A stretch of DNA of 64,000 nucleotides. Origin: an uncultured delta proteobacterium. Lineage in GTDB: Bacteria > Myxococcota_A > Polyangia > Fen-1088. The stretch spans positions 704,001 through 768,000 of the forward strand of contig CAVYGB010000010.1 of the NCBI GenBank assembly GCA_963767925.1, in the 5' to 3' direction. Below are positions 1 to 11,701 of the stretch, one piece after another (the first letter of the stretch is position 1; each line of letters opens with the position of its first letter). The notes below the pieces were generated by a model. The model searched no databases, had not been told where the DNA came from, and worked only from the letters and a program-made list of their open reading frames with translations. Position numbers and translations under genes: made by a program.

Positions 1-13
1 CAAGAAGCTCTGG

Positions 14-508
14 ATGGCCTCCCTGCTGGCCCTCTCCCTCGCCGCTTGCCGCTCGACCCCGCCGCCGGCGGCCTCCGCCCCGCCCCCCGCTCCCCCCGAG
101 GTGAAGACCTACGGGCAGCCGCTCGCCGCCGCCCAGGCGCTGCCGGTCGCCACCCTGGTCGGCCAGCCCGACGGCTACGCCGGCAAGGCGGTCACCGTCG
201 AGGGGACCGTGCGCGCCGCCTGCACCAACAAGGGCTGCTGGCTCGAGCTGGCGGAGAACGCCAAGACCGGGGCAGGCGCCCCGGCCGGATGCCGGGTCAC
301 CTTCAAGGACTACGGTTTCTTCGTCCCCACCAACGCGGCCGGCTCGCGGGCGCGCGTCCAGGGGACCTTCGAGCTCGCCACCGTGAGCGCCTCCCGGGTG
401 CGCCACCTCGAGCAGGAGGGCGCGGCCTTCGCCAGCAAGCAGCCCGACGGTACCGCCCGCGAGCTGCGCCTGGTAGCCACCGGCGTCGAGCTGTGGCGAG
501 ATCGCTGA
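14..508 (+). CDS. DUF4920-like lipoprotein (start may lie further upstream)
   Basis: Lipobox LAAC; motifs VxxxCxxKGCW and RVTFKDYGFFVP. Confidence 0.75.
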   Translation: MASLLALSLAACRSTPPPAASAPPPAPPEVKTYGQPLAAAQALPVATLVGQPDGYAGKAVTVEGTVRAACTNKGCWLELAENAKTGAGAPAGCRVTFKDYGFFVPTNAAGSRARVQGTFELATVSASRVRHLEQEGAAFASKQPDGTARELRLVATGVELWRDR

Positions 509-548
509 GAGCGTAGATCGCCCGCCGCCCGCCGCCCGAGAGGCCCCC

Positions 549-1926
549 ATGAAAAATCCGCTGCTGGTCCCCGAGTTGCGCGACATGCTGGCTGCCCACC
601 GGGAGGACGAGCTCCGGGACTTCTGCTCGTTCACCCCGCCCGACGTGACCGCCGAGTTCCTGGGGGCCCTCAACGTCGACGAGCAACGCGAGATCCTGCA
701 CCTCCTGGACCCCGAGGTCCGGTCGCAGGTGTTCGGGCACTTCGACGACGAGGCCAAGCTGCCCATCCTCGAGTCGCTCCAGGAGGACGAGGCGGTGGCG
801 CTCATCAGCATGATGCCGCCCGATGTGCGGGAGAACTTCCTCGAGCGGGTCCCCGCCAATCAGCACGAGCGCCTGCGGGCCATCTTGCTGCGGGCCCGGC
901 GCAGCGCCACCGCCCCTCTGCTCGACGCCCTGGCGGCCAGCGCCCAGCCCGAGGTGCTCACGGCCGAGGAGATCGCCGCCGAGGTCAACCAGCACCTGGA
1001 GATCTACCGCTGCACGAGCGGCCGCATGGAGCGGGTGCGCAAGCCCGAGCGGGGCTGCTGGCTGCGCATCGTGGGCCCCACCAAGGACAACCTGCCGCTC
1101 ATCGCCGACCACTTCAAGATTCCGATCGACTTCCTCACCGCCTCGCTCGACGTCGACGAGACCGCCCGCATCGAGGTGGACGACCACGGCACGCTGTTCA
1201 TCGTGAAGATCCCCTACTTCGACGAGAAGAACGTCGACGTCCTCTACTTCACCATCCCGGTGGGGATCATCCTCGTCGACGGCATGATCCTCACGGTCTG
1301 CACGCGCGAGGCGGACATCCTCAAGGACTTCGCCGACAACAAGGTCCGCAACATCGGGGACGGCCACCGCTTCATCCTGCAGTTCATGTTGCGGGCCACC
1401 CTGCGCTACCTGGCCTACCTCAAGCAGCTCAACAACGCGGCCAACATCATCCAGAAGAAGCTCGAGCAGGAGTCGCGCAACCGTCAGCTCATCAAGCTGT
1501 TCAACATCGAAAAGAGCCTCGTCTACTTCACGACGTCGCTGAAGAGCAACATGCTCATGCTCGAGCGGCTGCGACGCATGCGGCTCATCGAGATGAACGA
1601 CACCAACGAGAACCTGCTGGAGGACATCCTCACCGAGGGCAAGCAGGCGATCGAGATGGCCAACATCTACAGCGACATCTTGAGCGGCATGATGGACGCT
1701 TTCGCCTCGGTCATCTCGAACAACCTCAACATCGTGATGCGGCTGCTGACGTCGATCACGATCATCCTCACGATCCCGATCTTGCTGGCCAGCTTCTACG
1801 GGATGAACGTCAAGTTACCGATGGCGGGGAGCCCCTACGCCTTCCTCGATCATCGTGGTGCTCTCCCTCCTCATGTGCCTGCTGGCCGTCATGTACTTCG
1901 TCAAACGCCGCTGGCTAGAACCCTGA
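549..1926 (+). CDS. corA: CorA-family Mg2+/Co2+ transporter with an N-terminal MgtE-like intracellular segment; one +1 indel near 1848
   Basis: FYGMNV signature. Removing one base at ~1848 restores the last TM (FLIIVVLSLLMCLLAVMYFVKRRWLEP*), with TGA at 1924-1926. Confidence 0.85.
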
Positions 1927-1970
1927 CCGCCTGGTCCTCTCCGCGGCGTCGGCTTGCGGAAGGCGGGGCC

Positions 1971-2018
1971 GGGAGGGGAGATCCTCTTTCGGGGCGCGAC
2001 ATCGGCCGCTTGGCGCTC
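1971..2018. repeat. Half copy of a dispersed palindromic repeat
   Basis: GATCCTCTTTCGGGGCGCGACATCGGCCGCTT (1980-2011) matches the reverse complement of 6570-6601 at 31/32. Confidence 0.85.
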
Positions 2019-2052
2019 GCTTAGCGCTGAGCCAGTCGACGGCTAGTCCACG

Positions 2053-2219
2053 GCTAGTCCCCTGGAACGGTGATTTCTTGCATATCTCGCCGGTCCTCTT
2101 CGTCCCTGGCTGCGTTGCTCGTCGGTTAAATACGCCAGGTATTCGCCCTCCTCGCGCCTTGCCAGGAACGAAGATGCCTCGCCGACATATGCAAGCCTTC
2201 ACCGTTCCAGGGGACTAGC
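2053..2219. mobile_element. MITE/REPIN-like long imperfect hairpin
   Basis: 21-bp perfect terminal IR GCTAGTCCCCTGGAACGGTGA (2053-2073 / 2199-2219), continued by CTTGCATAT and inner TCTTCGTYCCTGGC arms; CTAG at both ends. Confidence 0.7.
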
Positions 2220-2279
2220 GGATCGGCGAGAGGCCCCCTCGTGCGTCCTCCAGTGCCGTCGACGCGCCCGCCACCCGCC

Positions 2280-2984
2280 TCAGCCAGGTCGAACGCCAGC
2301 AGCCACGGCGCCCGCCGCCGAAGGCGCCTCGTCCGGGTCGATGAGCCCGCGGCGGCGCCAGCCCACGCAGCCGAGCCACGTCCGCGGCCTCGACGTGACT
2401 GGCGGGTCCACCGGCGCCGCCATCGCGACCCGAAAGCCATCGAACCAGGGGGCGGACGAGCAGGGATCGATCCGCCCCCGCTCGCGCAGCCCGTGTTTTT
2501 TGTGGTTCATGAGTACATAAACCAGAGCGTTGCGCACCTCCCTCGGCGTCGCCAGCGCCCGGGCATGGTAGCGATCCCCCCAGACCTGCCCGACCCGCCC
2601 CAGCTCCCGGTTGAGGGCGCGCGCGCTCCGGATCGCCAACCCCCGCGCTCCCCCGGACAGCGCCACCTTGTCCTGCGCCTCCACGAGGAGGTGGACGTGA
2701 TCCACCTGAACCGAGAACTGCACCACCCGGAACCCCGTCGAGCTGGCCGCCCGCAAGCACTCCCGCAATACCCCGAACACCCGCTTGCTCCGCAACGACG
2801 CCAGGCCCGCCCGGGCCCGCAGGGTCATGTGCACCGGATGCGCCCCCTTGTGCTCGGTCAGAGCCCGATGGGGCGCCGGCCGCCGCCGTCCCGGAATCGG
2901 AGGCCGCCCAGCGCCCTTCCGCCGCCCACCCCACCCCGATGTCCGGGGCAAAGCGAGCTGAGCACAGGTCTTCCGCATCCCCAT
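2280..2984 (-). CDS. HUH Y1 transposase, REP-associated tyrosine transposase (RAYT)/IS200-like
   Basis: PVHMTLR, DHVHLLVEA (HUH), VWGDRYHAR and REVRNALVYVLMNHKKHG (catalytic Tyr). Confidence 0.88.
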   Translation of the reverse strand: MGMRKTCAQLALPRTSGWGGRRKGAGRPPIPGRRRPAPHRALTEHKGAHPVHMTLRARAGLASLRSKRVFGVLRECLRAASSTGFRVVQFSVQVDHVHLLVEAQDKVALSGGARGLAIRSARALNRELGRVGQVWGDRYHARALATPREVRNALVYVLMNHKKHGLRERGRIDPCSSAPWFDGFRVAMAAPVDPPVTSRPRTWLGCVGWRRRGLIDPDEAPSAAGAVAAGVRPG

Positions 2985-3273
2985 ATGAATAGGGCTAAAT
3001 TATATGCTCACGGTCCATAACTCAAGACTCGTTGTGTAATTTCTTGGAGCCGCAGCCTATGGATGCGTGGGACCTGGGAGAAGCGCGAGCGATGGCGATT
3101 TGAGACAGCTGGCGGCGCAGAGCGGGCACCGGCGATTCGTCCCACAGCAAGCGGATGCCCTCGGTGATGCGCAGGACTCGTTGTGCCCGTGGCAGCAGGT
3201 CGGTGGCCTGCGGAGGGCGCGGGGGAAGCGCCGGAGAGACGGCGGACTGCCGAGGTTGTGGGTAGCGCCGGAA

Positions 3274-3364
3274 GGCTGTGGAAAGTGCCGGGGCTATGGA
3301 CAGCAGACTGCCCACAGCCCCTTGGACAAACCCGCAGACGGGTTTGCCCACACTTTCCACAGCC
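3274..3364. repeat. Three-stem palindromic element
   Basis: 14-bp outer IR GGCTGTGGAAAGTG/CACTTTCCACAGCC enclosing two hairpins (3290-3321 and 3323-3350), both with CAGA loops. Confidence 0.8.
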
Positions 3365-3400
3365 ACTGCTGCTGATTTTTTTCCTTTCTGGCGGAGCGAT

Positions 3401-3482
3401 GAGCTGAGCTGAGCTGAGCTGAGCTGAGCTGAGCTGAGCTGAGCTGAGCTGAGCTGAGCTGAGCTGAGCTGAGCTGAGCTGA
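3401..3482. repeat. (GAGCT)16 perfect microsatellite
   Basis: 16 perfect copies at 3401-3480 plus GA. Confidence 0.97.
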
Positions 3483-3510
3483 CACACTCAGACCCGGAAG
3501 CGAGTTCCTG

Positions 3511-3576
3511 GCCCAGCTCTCCAACCTGGCTGAAGTACCCGATGCTGATGCCGCGATCGAGCGAGATGATCGAGCC
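3511..3576 (-). pseudogene. Possible short remnant of an ABC-F ATPase gene
   Basis: GSIISLDRGISIGYFSQVGELG resembles the post-Walker-A/Q-loop segment of ABC-F proteins; high GC3. Confidence 0.35.
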
Positions 3577-3801
3577 TCGAACCACACCGGCCTGCTCGTC
3601 ATGGCGGCGGGAGCAGATTCGCCCGGCCAACCGAACCGAGCGCGCCCAGGGAGCAGCCTCCGGAGCAGGCGCAGGGTCGCCCAATGGACAGATTGGGGGC
3701 GCTCAGCGCTCGTGGGGGGGGGCGTTCGGTTCCGGGACGGGGGGTCCCATGGGCGGACAAATGGGGGGGCGAAGGTGACGGCGGGGCGGGGGGGTGCGGG
3801 G

Positions 3802-3817
3802 TGGCACGTCCCTGGCA
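3802..3817 (+). promoter_or_regulatory. Possible sigma54 -24/-12 promoter
   Basis: TGGCACG-TCCC-TGGCA, GG-N10-GC spacing, one mismatch to TTGC; 15 bp before the TTG at 3832. Confidence 0.3.
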
Positions 3818-3831
3818 CGATAGGGGGCACC

Positions 3832-6243
3832 TTGTGGCAGGACGTGAAGCTCGGTTTGAGGATGCTGCGCGGCCGGCCGGGGTTCACGGTGGTGGCGGGG
3901 TTGACGCTGGCGATCGGGATCGGGGCCTGCGTGGCGATCTTCTCGGTTGTCGAGGCGGTCTTGCTGCGGCCGCTCCCCTATGCGGAGTCGGAGCGGCTGG
4001 TGGTGCTCGAGGAGATCAACCTGCCTCGGTTTTCCGGGGGCTTCGTGCGCCCGGGCACCTACGACCTCTGGCGCCGCCAGGCGACGGGCTTCGAGGGGCT
4101 CGCGGCCGTGCGGACCCGATCGTACAACGTCACCGGCTCGGGTGAGCCGCTCCGGGTGTCGGGGGCCCGGGTCACCGCCAACACCCTGTCGTTGTTGCGG
4201 GTGCAGCCGACGCTGGGACGCGACTTCACGCCGGAGGAGGAGGTCGCCGGCCGCGGCAACAGCGTCATCCTGAGCCACGGGTTCTGGGTGCGACAGCTCG
4301 GCGGCCGGCCTCAGACGCTTCATTCGCTGATCCAGCTCGACGGCGAGACTTTCACGGTCGTCGGGATCCTGCCGGCCGGGTTCCAGATCGGCGGCGGCGC
4401 CGACATCCTCTTGCCGGCCGCCTACCTGGACGATCCCCAGATCCGGCGTTCGGTTGGCCCGAACGCGCTGGTGGTGTTCGGCCGCTTGAAGGCGGGTGTG
4501 GCTGTCGAGCAGGCGCGCCGGGAGATGGACCTGATCGCGGCCCGGCTGGCGACGGTGGACAGCGGCAGGAAGGGCTGGGGCGTGAGGCTCACGACCCTGC
4601 TCGAGTCCCGGGTCGGCGATGCGCGCCAGGTGCTCACCTCCCTGCTGGCGGCGGTGGGGTTCTTGTTCCTGCTCGCCTGCGCCAACGTAACCAACCTGCT
4701 GCTCGCCCGGGCCACCGCCCGTGGCAAGGAGATTGCCCTCCGGGCCGCGCTCGGCGCGAGCCGCGGGCGCATCGTCCGCCAGCTCCTGACGGAGAGTGTC
4801 CTGCTCGCCCTCCTGGCCAGCGGGCTAGGGGTGGTATTCGCGCAGGTTGGCCTCGATGCCATCGCCGGGTTCGCGGCCGACAGCATCCCGCGCGCGCAGG
4901 AGGTCGGGGTGAACGGCAAGGCGCTCGCCCTGGCCTGCGCGCTGGCGCTGCTCACGGGGGTGGGGTTCGGGCTGGTGCCCGCGCTGGGCAGCGTCCGGCT
5001 CGATCTGCACCAGGCGCTCAAGGCCGGGCGCGGGGCCGGCGACGGGAGACGGGGGCACCGGCTGCGGGGCGCGCTGGTGGTGGCCCAGGTCGCGATCGCG
5101 CTGGTCCTGCTGGTGGGCGCCGGACTGCTCGCCCGCAGCTTCGCCCGCTTGCAGGAGGTCGATCGCGGCTTTCGCCCGGAGGGCGCCTTCACCTTCACGC
5201 TGGCGCTCTCCCCGGAGAAATACGGCGTCGGCACCGACCCGCGCATCGCCGCCTTCGCCGAGCAGGCCACGCTGCGCATCGCCGCCCTCCCTGGCGTCCA
5301 GGCGGCGGGCGCCTCACAGGCCCTCCCCTTCTCCGTCGACATGAACCTGGGCTTCTTCGAGATCGCCGGGCGACCCGTCGCTGGCGAGCCGCCCACCATG
5401 TACGTCTTCGAGTGCACACCCGGCTATTTCGCGGCCATGGGGATCCGCCTCCTGCGCGGCCGGCTGTTCGACCGGGGCGATGACGCCAGCCGCCCTAAGG
5501 TGGCGATCATCAACGAGTCGATGGCCCGGAACCATTTCCCGGGTGAAGACCCGATCGGAAAGGGCATCGGCCCCCCCGGTCACCTGGACCAGGGCGGTGT
5601 CATCGTGGGCGTCGTCGCCGATGTGCGCGACGGCCGGATCGCCGGCTACACCGGTCGAGCGCCCAACCAGGTCTACGTGCCCCTGGCCCAGAACCCGTAT
5701 GACGTCCTGACGTTCGTTGTGCGAGAGCGCGCCAGCGGGCAGGCCGCGCTGCCCGCTGCCCTGCGCGCGGCCATTCACGAGGTCGATCCAGGCCAGCCCA
5801 TCGGCCCCCTGCGGCCCCTGGCGGACTGGGTCGCCGACTCGATCGCCCGCCAGCGCCTGGCGACCCTGCTGTTCACCCTGTTCTCGGTGGCCGCCCTGCT
5901 GCTCGCCTCGCTGGGAATCTACGGCGTGATGGCCTACCTGGTCGCCCAGCGCACCCGGGAGATCGGCATCCGCATCGCGCTCGGCGCCCGGACCAGCAAC
6001 GTGCTGGCCATGATCCTCCGGCAGGGTGGCCTCCTTGTCGCGATCGGCCTCCTCGCCGGCCTTGCCGGAACCCTGATCGTCACGCGCCTCATCTCATCAC
6101 TCCTCTTCGCCGTCAGCCCCCACGATCCCCCGACCCTCGCAGGCACCGCCGCCCTCCTCACCCTGACAGCCACCCTGGCCTGCCTCCTCCCCGCCCGCCG
6201 CGCCTACCAGGTCGATCCGACAACAGCCCTGCAAGCCGACTGA
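3832..6243 (+). CDS. ADOP-type duplicated ABC permease (MacB_PCD/FtsX domains twice)
   Basis: LWQDVKLGLRML start, LLACANVTNLLLAR, QRTREIGIRIALGA, VDPTTALQAD; start uncertain. Confidence 0.9.
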   Translation: MWQDVKLGLRMLRGRPGFTVVAGLTLAIGIGACVAIFSVVEAVLLRPLPYAESERLVVLEEINLPRFSGGFVRPGTYDLWRRQATGFEGLAAVRTRSYNVTGSGEPLRVSGARVTANTLSLLRVQPTLGRDFTPEEEVAGRGNSVILSHGFWVRQLGGRPQTLHSLIQLDGETFTVVGILPAGFQIGGGADILLPAAYLDDPQIRRSVGPNALVVFGRLKAGVAVEQARREMDLIAARLATVDSGRKGWGVRLTTLLESRVGDARQVLTSLLAAVGFLFLLACANVTNLLLARATARGKEIALRAALGASRGRIVRQLLTESVLLALLASGLGVVFAQVGLDAIAGFAADSIPRAQEVGVNGKALALACALALLTGVGFGLVPALGSVRLDLHQALKAGRGAGDGRRGHRLRGALVVAQVAIALVLLVGAGLLARSFARLQEVDRGFRPEGAFTFTLALSPEKYGVGTDPRIAAFAEQATLRIAALPGVQAAGASQALPFSVDMNLGFFEIAGRPVAGEPPTMYVFECTPGYFAAMGIRLLRGRLFDRGDDASRPKVAIINESMARNHFPGEDPIGKGIGPPGHLDQGGVIVGVVADVRDGRIAGYTGRAPNQVYVPLAQNPYDVLTFVVRERASGQAALPAALRAAIHEVDPGQPIGPLRPLADWVADSIARQRLATLLFTLFSVAALLLASLGIYGVMAYLVAQRTREIGIRIALGARTSNVLAMILRQGGLLVAIGLLAGLAGTLIVTRLISSLLFAVSPHDPPTLAGTAALLTLTATLACLLPARRAYQVDPTTALQAD

Positions 6244-6405
6244 CCACCAGGAGATCGAACCGCTTCAAACCGTAGCTGCGAAAGTCGCGGCGTTCAGGCA
6301 GCCACGCCGTCGAGCCGGAGCGCGAGTGCAGGCCCTCCCGGTGGCCAGCACTTCAAGATCGCAGCCAGGCACCGCCGTCGAGGCGGAGAGAGTGCAGGCC
6401 CCCCC

Positions 6406-6620
6406 GGCGGGGGAGGGAGGGAGGGATCCTCTTTCGGGGGGCGTACAGGCCTGCTCGCCGTCTGCGGCGACGCCAAGGCCGGTCCGAGGCCGCAGCGCCG
6501 CCCGCGAGCAAGCTGCCGCCCGCTCCCCCCTCCCCTCCGTCCACCCCGCCGGCCCGCCCATGGAGCGGTAAGCGGCCGATGTCGCACCCCGAAAGAGGAT
6601 CCCTCCCTCCCTCCCCCGCC
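6406..6620. repeat. 215-bp palindromic (REPIN/MITE-like) element
   Basis: 34-bp perfect [36 protein letters not shown] (6406-6439 / 6587-6620); internal hairpin TCGCCG-TCTG-CGGCGA. Confidence 0.85.
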
Positions 6621-6624
6621 CCCC

Positions 6625-6696
6625 GCCGTAACGAACAGAGCCGCCCCATCCGCGCCGGCGTTCTGCCCCCCCGGCCGTAACGAACAGAGCCGCCCC
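6625..6696. repeat. 23-bp direct repeat, 2 copies
   Basis: GCCGTAACGAACAGAGCCGCCCC at 6625-6647 and 6674-6696. Confidence 0.9.
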
Positions 6697-6784
6697 CACC
6701 CGCGCCGTTACCCCTCACCCGCCTGATCTGCTCCGCGCAGCCTTCTTCGAACAAGGCGGCGGCGGAAATGGAAGCGCCCCTGAA

Positions 6785-6832
6785 ACGGCAACGACGTCGA
6801 TCCAGATCGACCTGGATCGGCGGCGTTGCTGT
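6785..6832. terminator. Long hairpin between convergent genes, probable terminator
   Basis: 21-bp imperfect stem ACGGCAACGACGTCGATCCAG/CTGGATCGGCGGCGTTGCTGT, ~65 bp after the nrdJ stop. Confidence 0.5.
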
Positions 6833-6897
6833 CTCAGGGGCGCAGGGCCCGTGCCGCGGGCACCGCCCTCAGGCGGTGCGCGCGGCGGCCGGGCGGG

Positions 6898-9922
<3,025 letters not shown>

Positions 9923-9980
9923 GGGCCTCTCCCTCCAGCGCTTGCCGTCTGATGAATCGAAGAAACGAAAAACCGAAATC

Positions 9981-10032
9981 AAAAAAAGATGCGAAGCGGC
10001 GATCGGCCTCGGAGTGGATCCGCGATCACCGC
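9981..10032 (-). terminator. Terminator-like hairpin plus U7 tract in the nrdJ leader
   Basis: Minus strand GCGGTGATCG..CGATCGCCGC then TTCGCATC-TTTTTTT, ~60 nt before the ATG. Confidence 0.4.
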
Positions 10033-10400
10033 GCGACCGGCACGACCCCTCGGGAAGCGCCCGTCAGCTCCTTGCAAACCTGCAACACCTGCCCTGACAT
10101 GCCCGACGTCCTCGACGTGGTCGCCGTGGTCCACAGAAGCCGCCCGTTTTTTGCCCACGATGTCCGACATCTGGCACCCCATCTGGAAGCCCCCCTCTTG
10201 CTCCGTTGCACCATGTCCGGCTGCGCCGTCCGATCGTGTCCCCCGCCGCCGAGCAGCCCGTTTGGCCGACCTCGTCGTCCGGCCGGCTCCCGCCGAGCCC
10301 CGACTCCGAGCCGGGCATCGATTCCTTCGGAATACCCGCTGCTTGCCAACCGAATCTCGCCCACGAATGTCGGTCCTCTGGCCATGTCTGTCAACGAAAA

Positions 10401-10448
10401 ACACTATCCGTAGTGATCCCATGGTGACAGACACACAACCCCTTGTGG
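10401..10448. promoter_or_regulatory. Tandem NrdR boxes
   Basis: ACACTATCCGTAGTGA (10401-10416) and ACACAACCCCTTGTGG (10433-10448) fit CACwA-N4-TwGTG; 32-bp period; upstream of nrdJ. Confidence 0.8.
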
Positions 10449-10459
10449 TGTCGACAGCC

Positions 10460-10524
10460 TGTGGACAGCCGGAGAAAAACCCCGTCCCGACAACGGCTTG
10501 CGGTAATCCACAGGCTGTGGAGAA
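10460..10524. promoter_or_regulatory. DnaA-box-like sites
   Basis: TAATCCACA (10504-10512, 8/9), TGTGGAGAA (10516-10524, 8/9) and TGTGGACAG (10460-10468, 7/9). Confidence 0.5.
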
Positions 10525-10909
10525 CGAGTCGTGCCATTACATTACATCACGTGAGGGGCGGCGGCCAGGCGCCTTTCGGGCGGCATTTTGCCTCCTGGGA
10601 GCCCCTCACCATAACCTGAACATAGTTTCAGTCAACCGGTCCGGCCAGGGGTGAAAGCGCGATCCCCTCACGTCCCTCCCGACGCCAGCCGATGACTAAA
10701 ACCGTAAGCAGGCGGACACCCCGCCTGGGACAAAAACTCTGGAGGCTGCATGAATCCCGACCTCGTGTCCCTGACCCCGGCGGTGGTTGTCGCCCTGGCC
10801 GGCATGGTGGCTGCTGCCCTGGCCGCCCGGCGGATGCAACCGGCCCGCGTGAAGGCGAGCCGCGGCCGCGATCGCCGCTGACGATCCGGTCCGCCCGCGA
10901 AGGAGGAAC

Positions 10910-11701
10910 ATGTCGTCCGTCGCGCTTTCGGGGATCGCGCTCGCCCGGGCGAGCCAGCCCGTGCTCGATCACGTGACCGTGTCGCTCGAGGCCGGCGAGC
11001 TGGTCCTGCTGACCGGCAGCCGGGGCGCCGGCAAGTCCTCCCTGCTGGCCATCGCCGCCGGCCTGCTCCGCCCCGACGACGGCCAGGTGGTCATCGCCGG
11101 GCGGAGCATCTTGACCCTGCAGAGCGCCTCCCTGCCCTACCTGCGCCGGAACATCGGCTATCTGCCGCCCGAGCCTCCCTTCTTGGAGGAGGAGAGCACC
11201 CTCGAGAACCTCATGCTGGCGCTGGCCGTGCGGGGGGTGGACCCGGTGCAGGCCGAGGGCCACGCCCGGGCCGTGCTCGAGGAGCTCGGCCTCACGGAAC
11301 AGAGCCATCGGCTGGTGGCCGACCTCTCGGCCCCCGAGCGGCGCCTGTGCGGGCTGGCCCGGGCCCTGTGTGGACCGCCGCCCGTGGTGGTGCTCGATGA
11401 TCCCAGCGCCGGGCTCGACGCCAACGACCGGGCTCGCATCGCCGAGGCGGTGCTGCGGGTGGTGGGCCAGGGCAGCGCCGTGTTGTGCGCGAGCAGCGAT
11501 CCCTTCCTGGTGGCCGCCCTGGCGGCGCCGGGCGCGCGCGTGCTCGAGCTGGCCGGTGGCCGCATCGTCGGCGGGGCGCCGGCCATCCGCCTGGTCGAGC
11601 GGGCCGACCGGGCCGACCCCATCGACACCGTCGAGACGACGGACATCACGCCGAGCGCCGATCTGTTCCCGGCTCGCGGCGGAAGCCGCGAGGCTTCGTG
11701 A
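10910..11701 (+). CDS. ftsE: FtsE-like ABC ATP-binding protein with degenerate catalytic motifs
   Basis: GSRGAGKS, LPYLRRNIG; first gene of the ftsE-ftsX-envC-ctpA arrangement. Confidence 0.75.
   Translation: MSSVALSGIALARASQPVLDHVTVSLEAGELVLLTGSRGAGKSSLLAIAAGLLRPDDGQVVIAGRSILTLQSASLPYLRRNIGYLPPEPPFLEEESTLENLMLALAVRGVDPVQAEGHARAVLEELGLTEQSHRLVADLSAPERRLCGLARALCGPPPVVVLDDPSAGLDANDRARIAEAVLRVVGQGSAVLCASSDPFLVAALAAPGARVLELAGGRIVGGAPAIRLVERADRADPIDTVETTDITPSADLFPARGGSREAS

Noticed and set aside
3274..3364. tRNA or oriC
   Set aside because: No T-loop/D-loop consensus or CCA; the boxes are weak, with no DUE or dnaA nearby
3008..3831. ORFs with SSAQL repeats and the 3601 start of the permease
   Set aside because: Translations of the microsatellite and palindromes; family similarity begins near 3832
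10030..10230. Cobalamin riboswitch in the nrdJ leader
   Set aside because: Only a vague GGTGC..AAGAGGG on the minus strand; no recognisable B12 box or GCCACTG/GGGAAG
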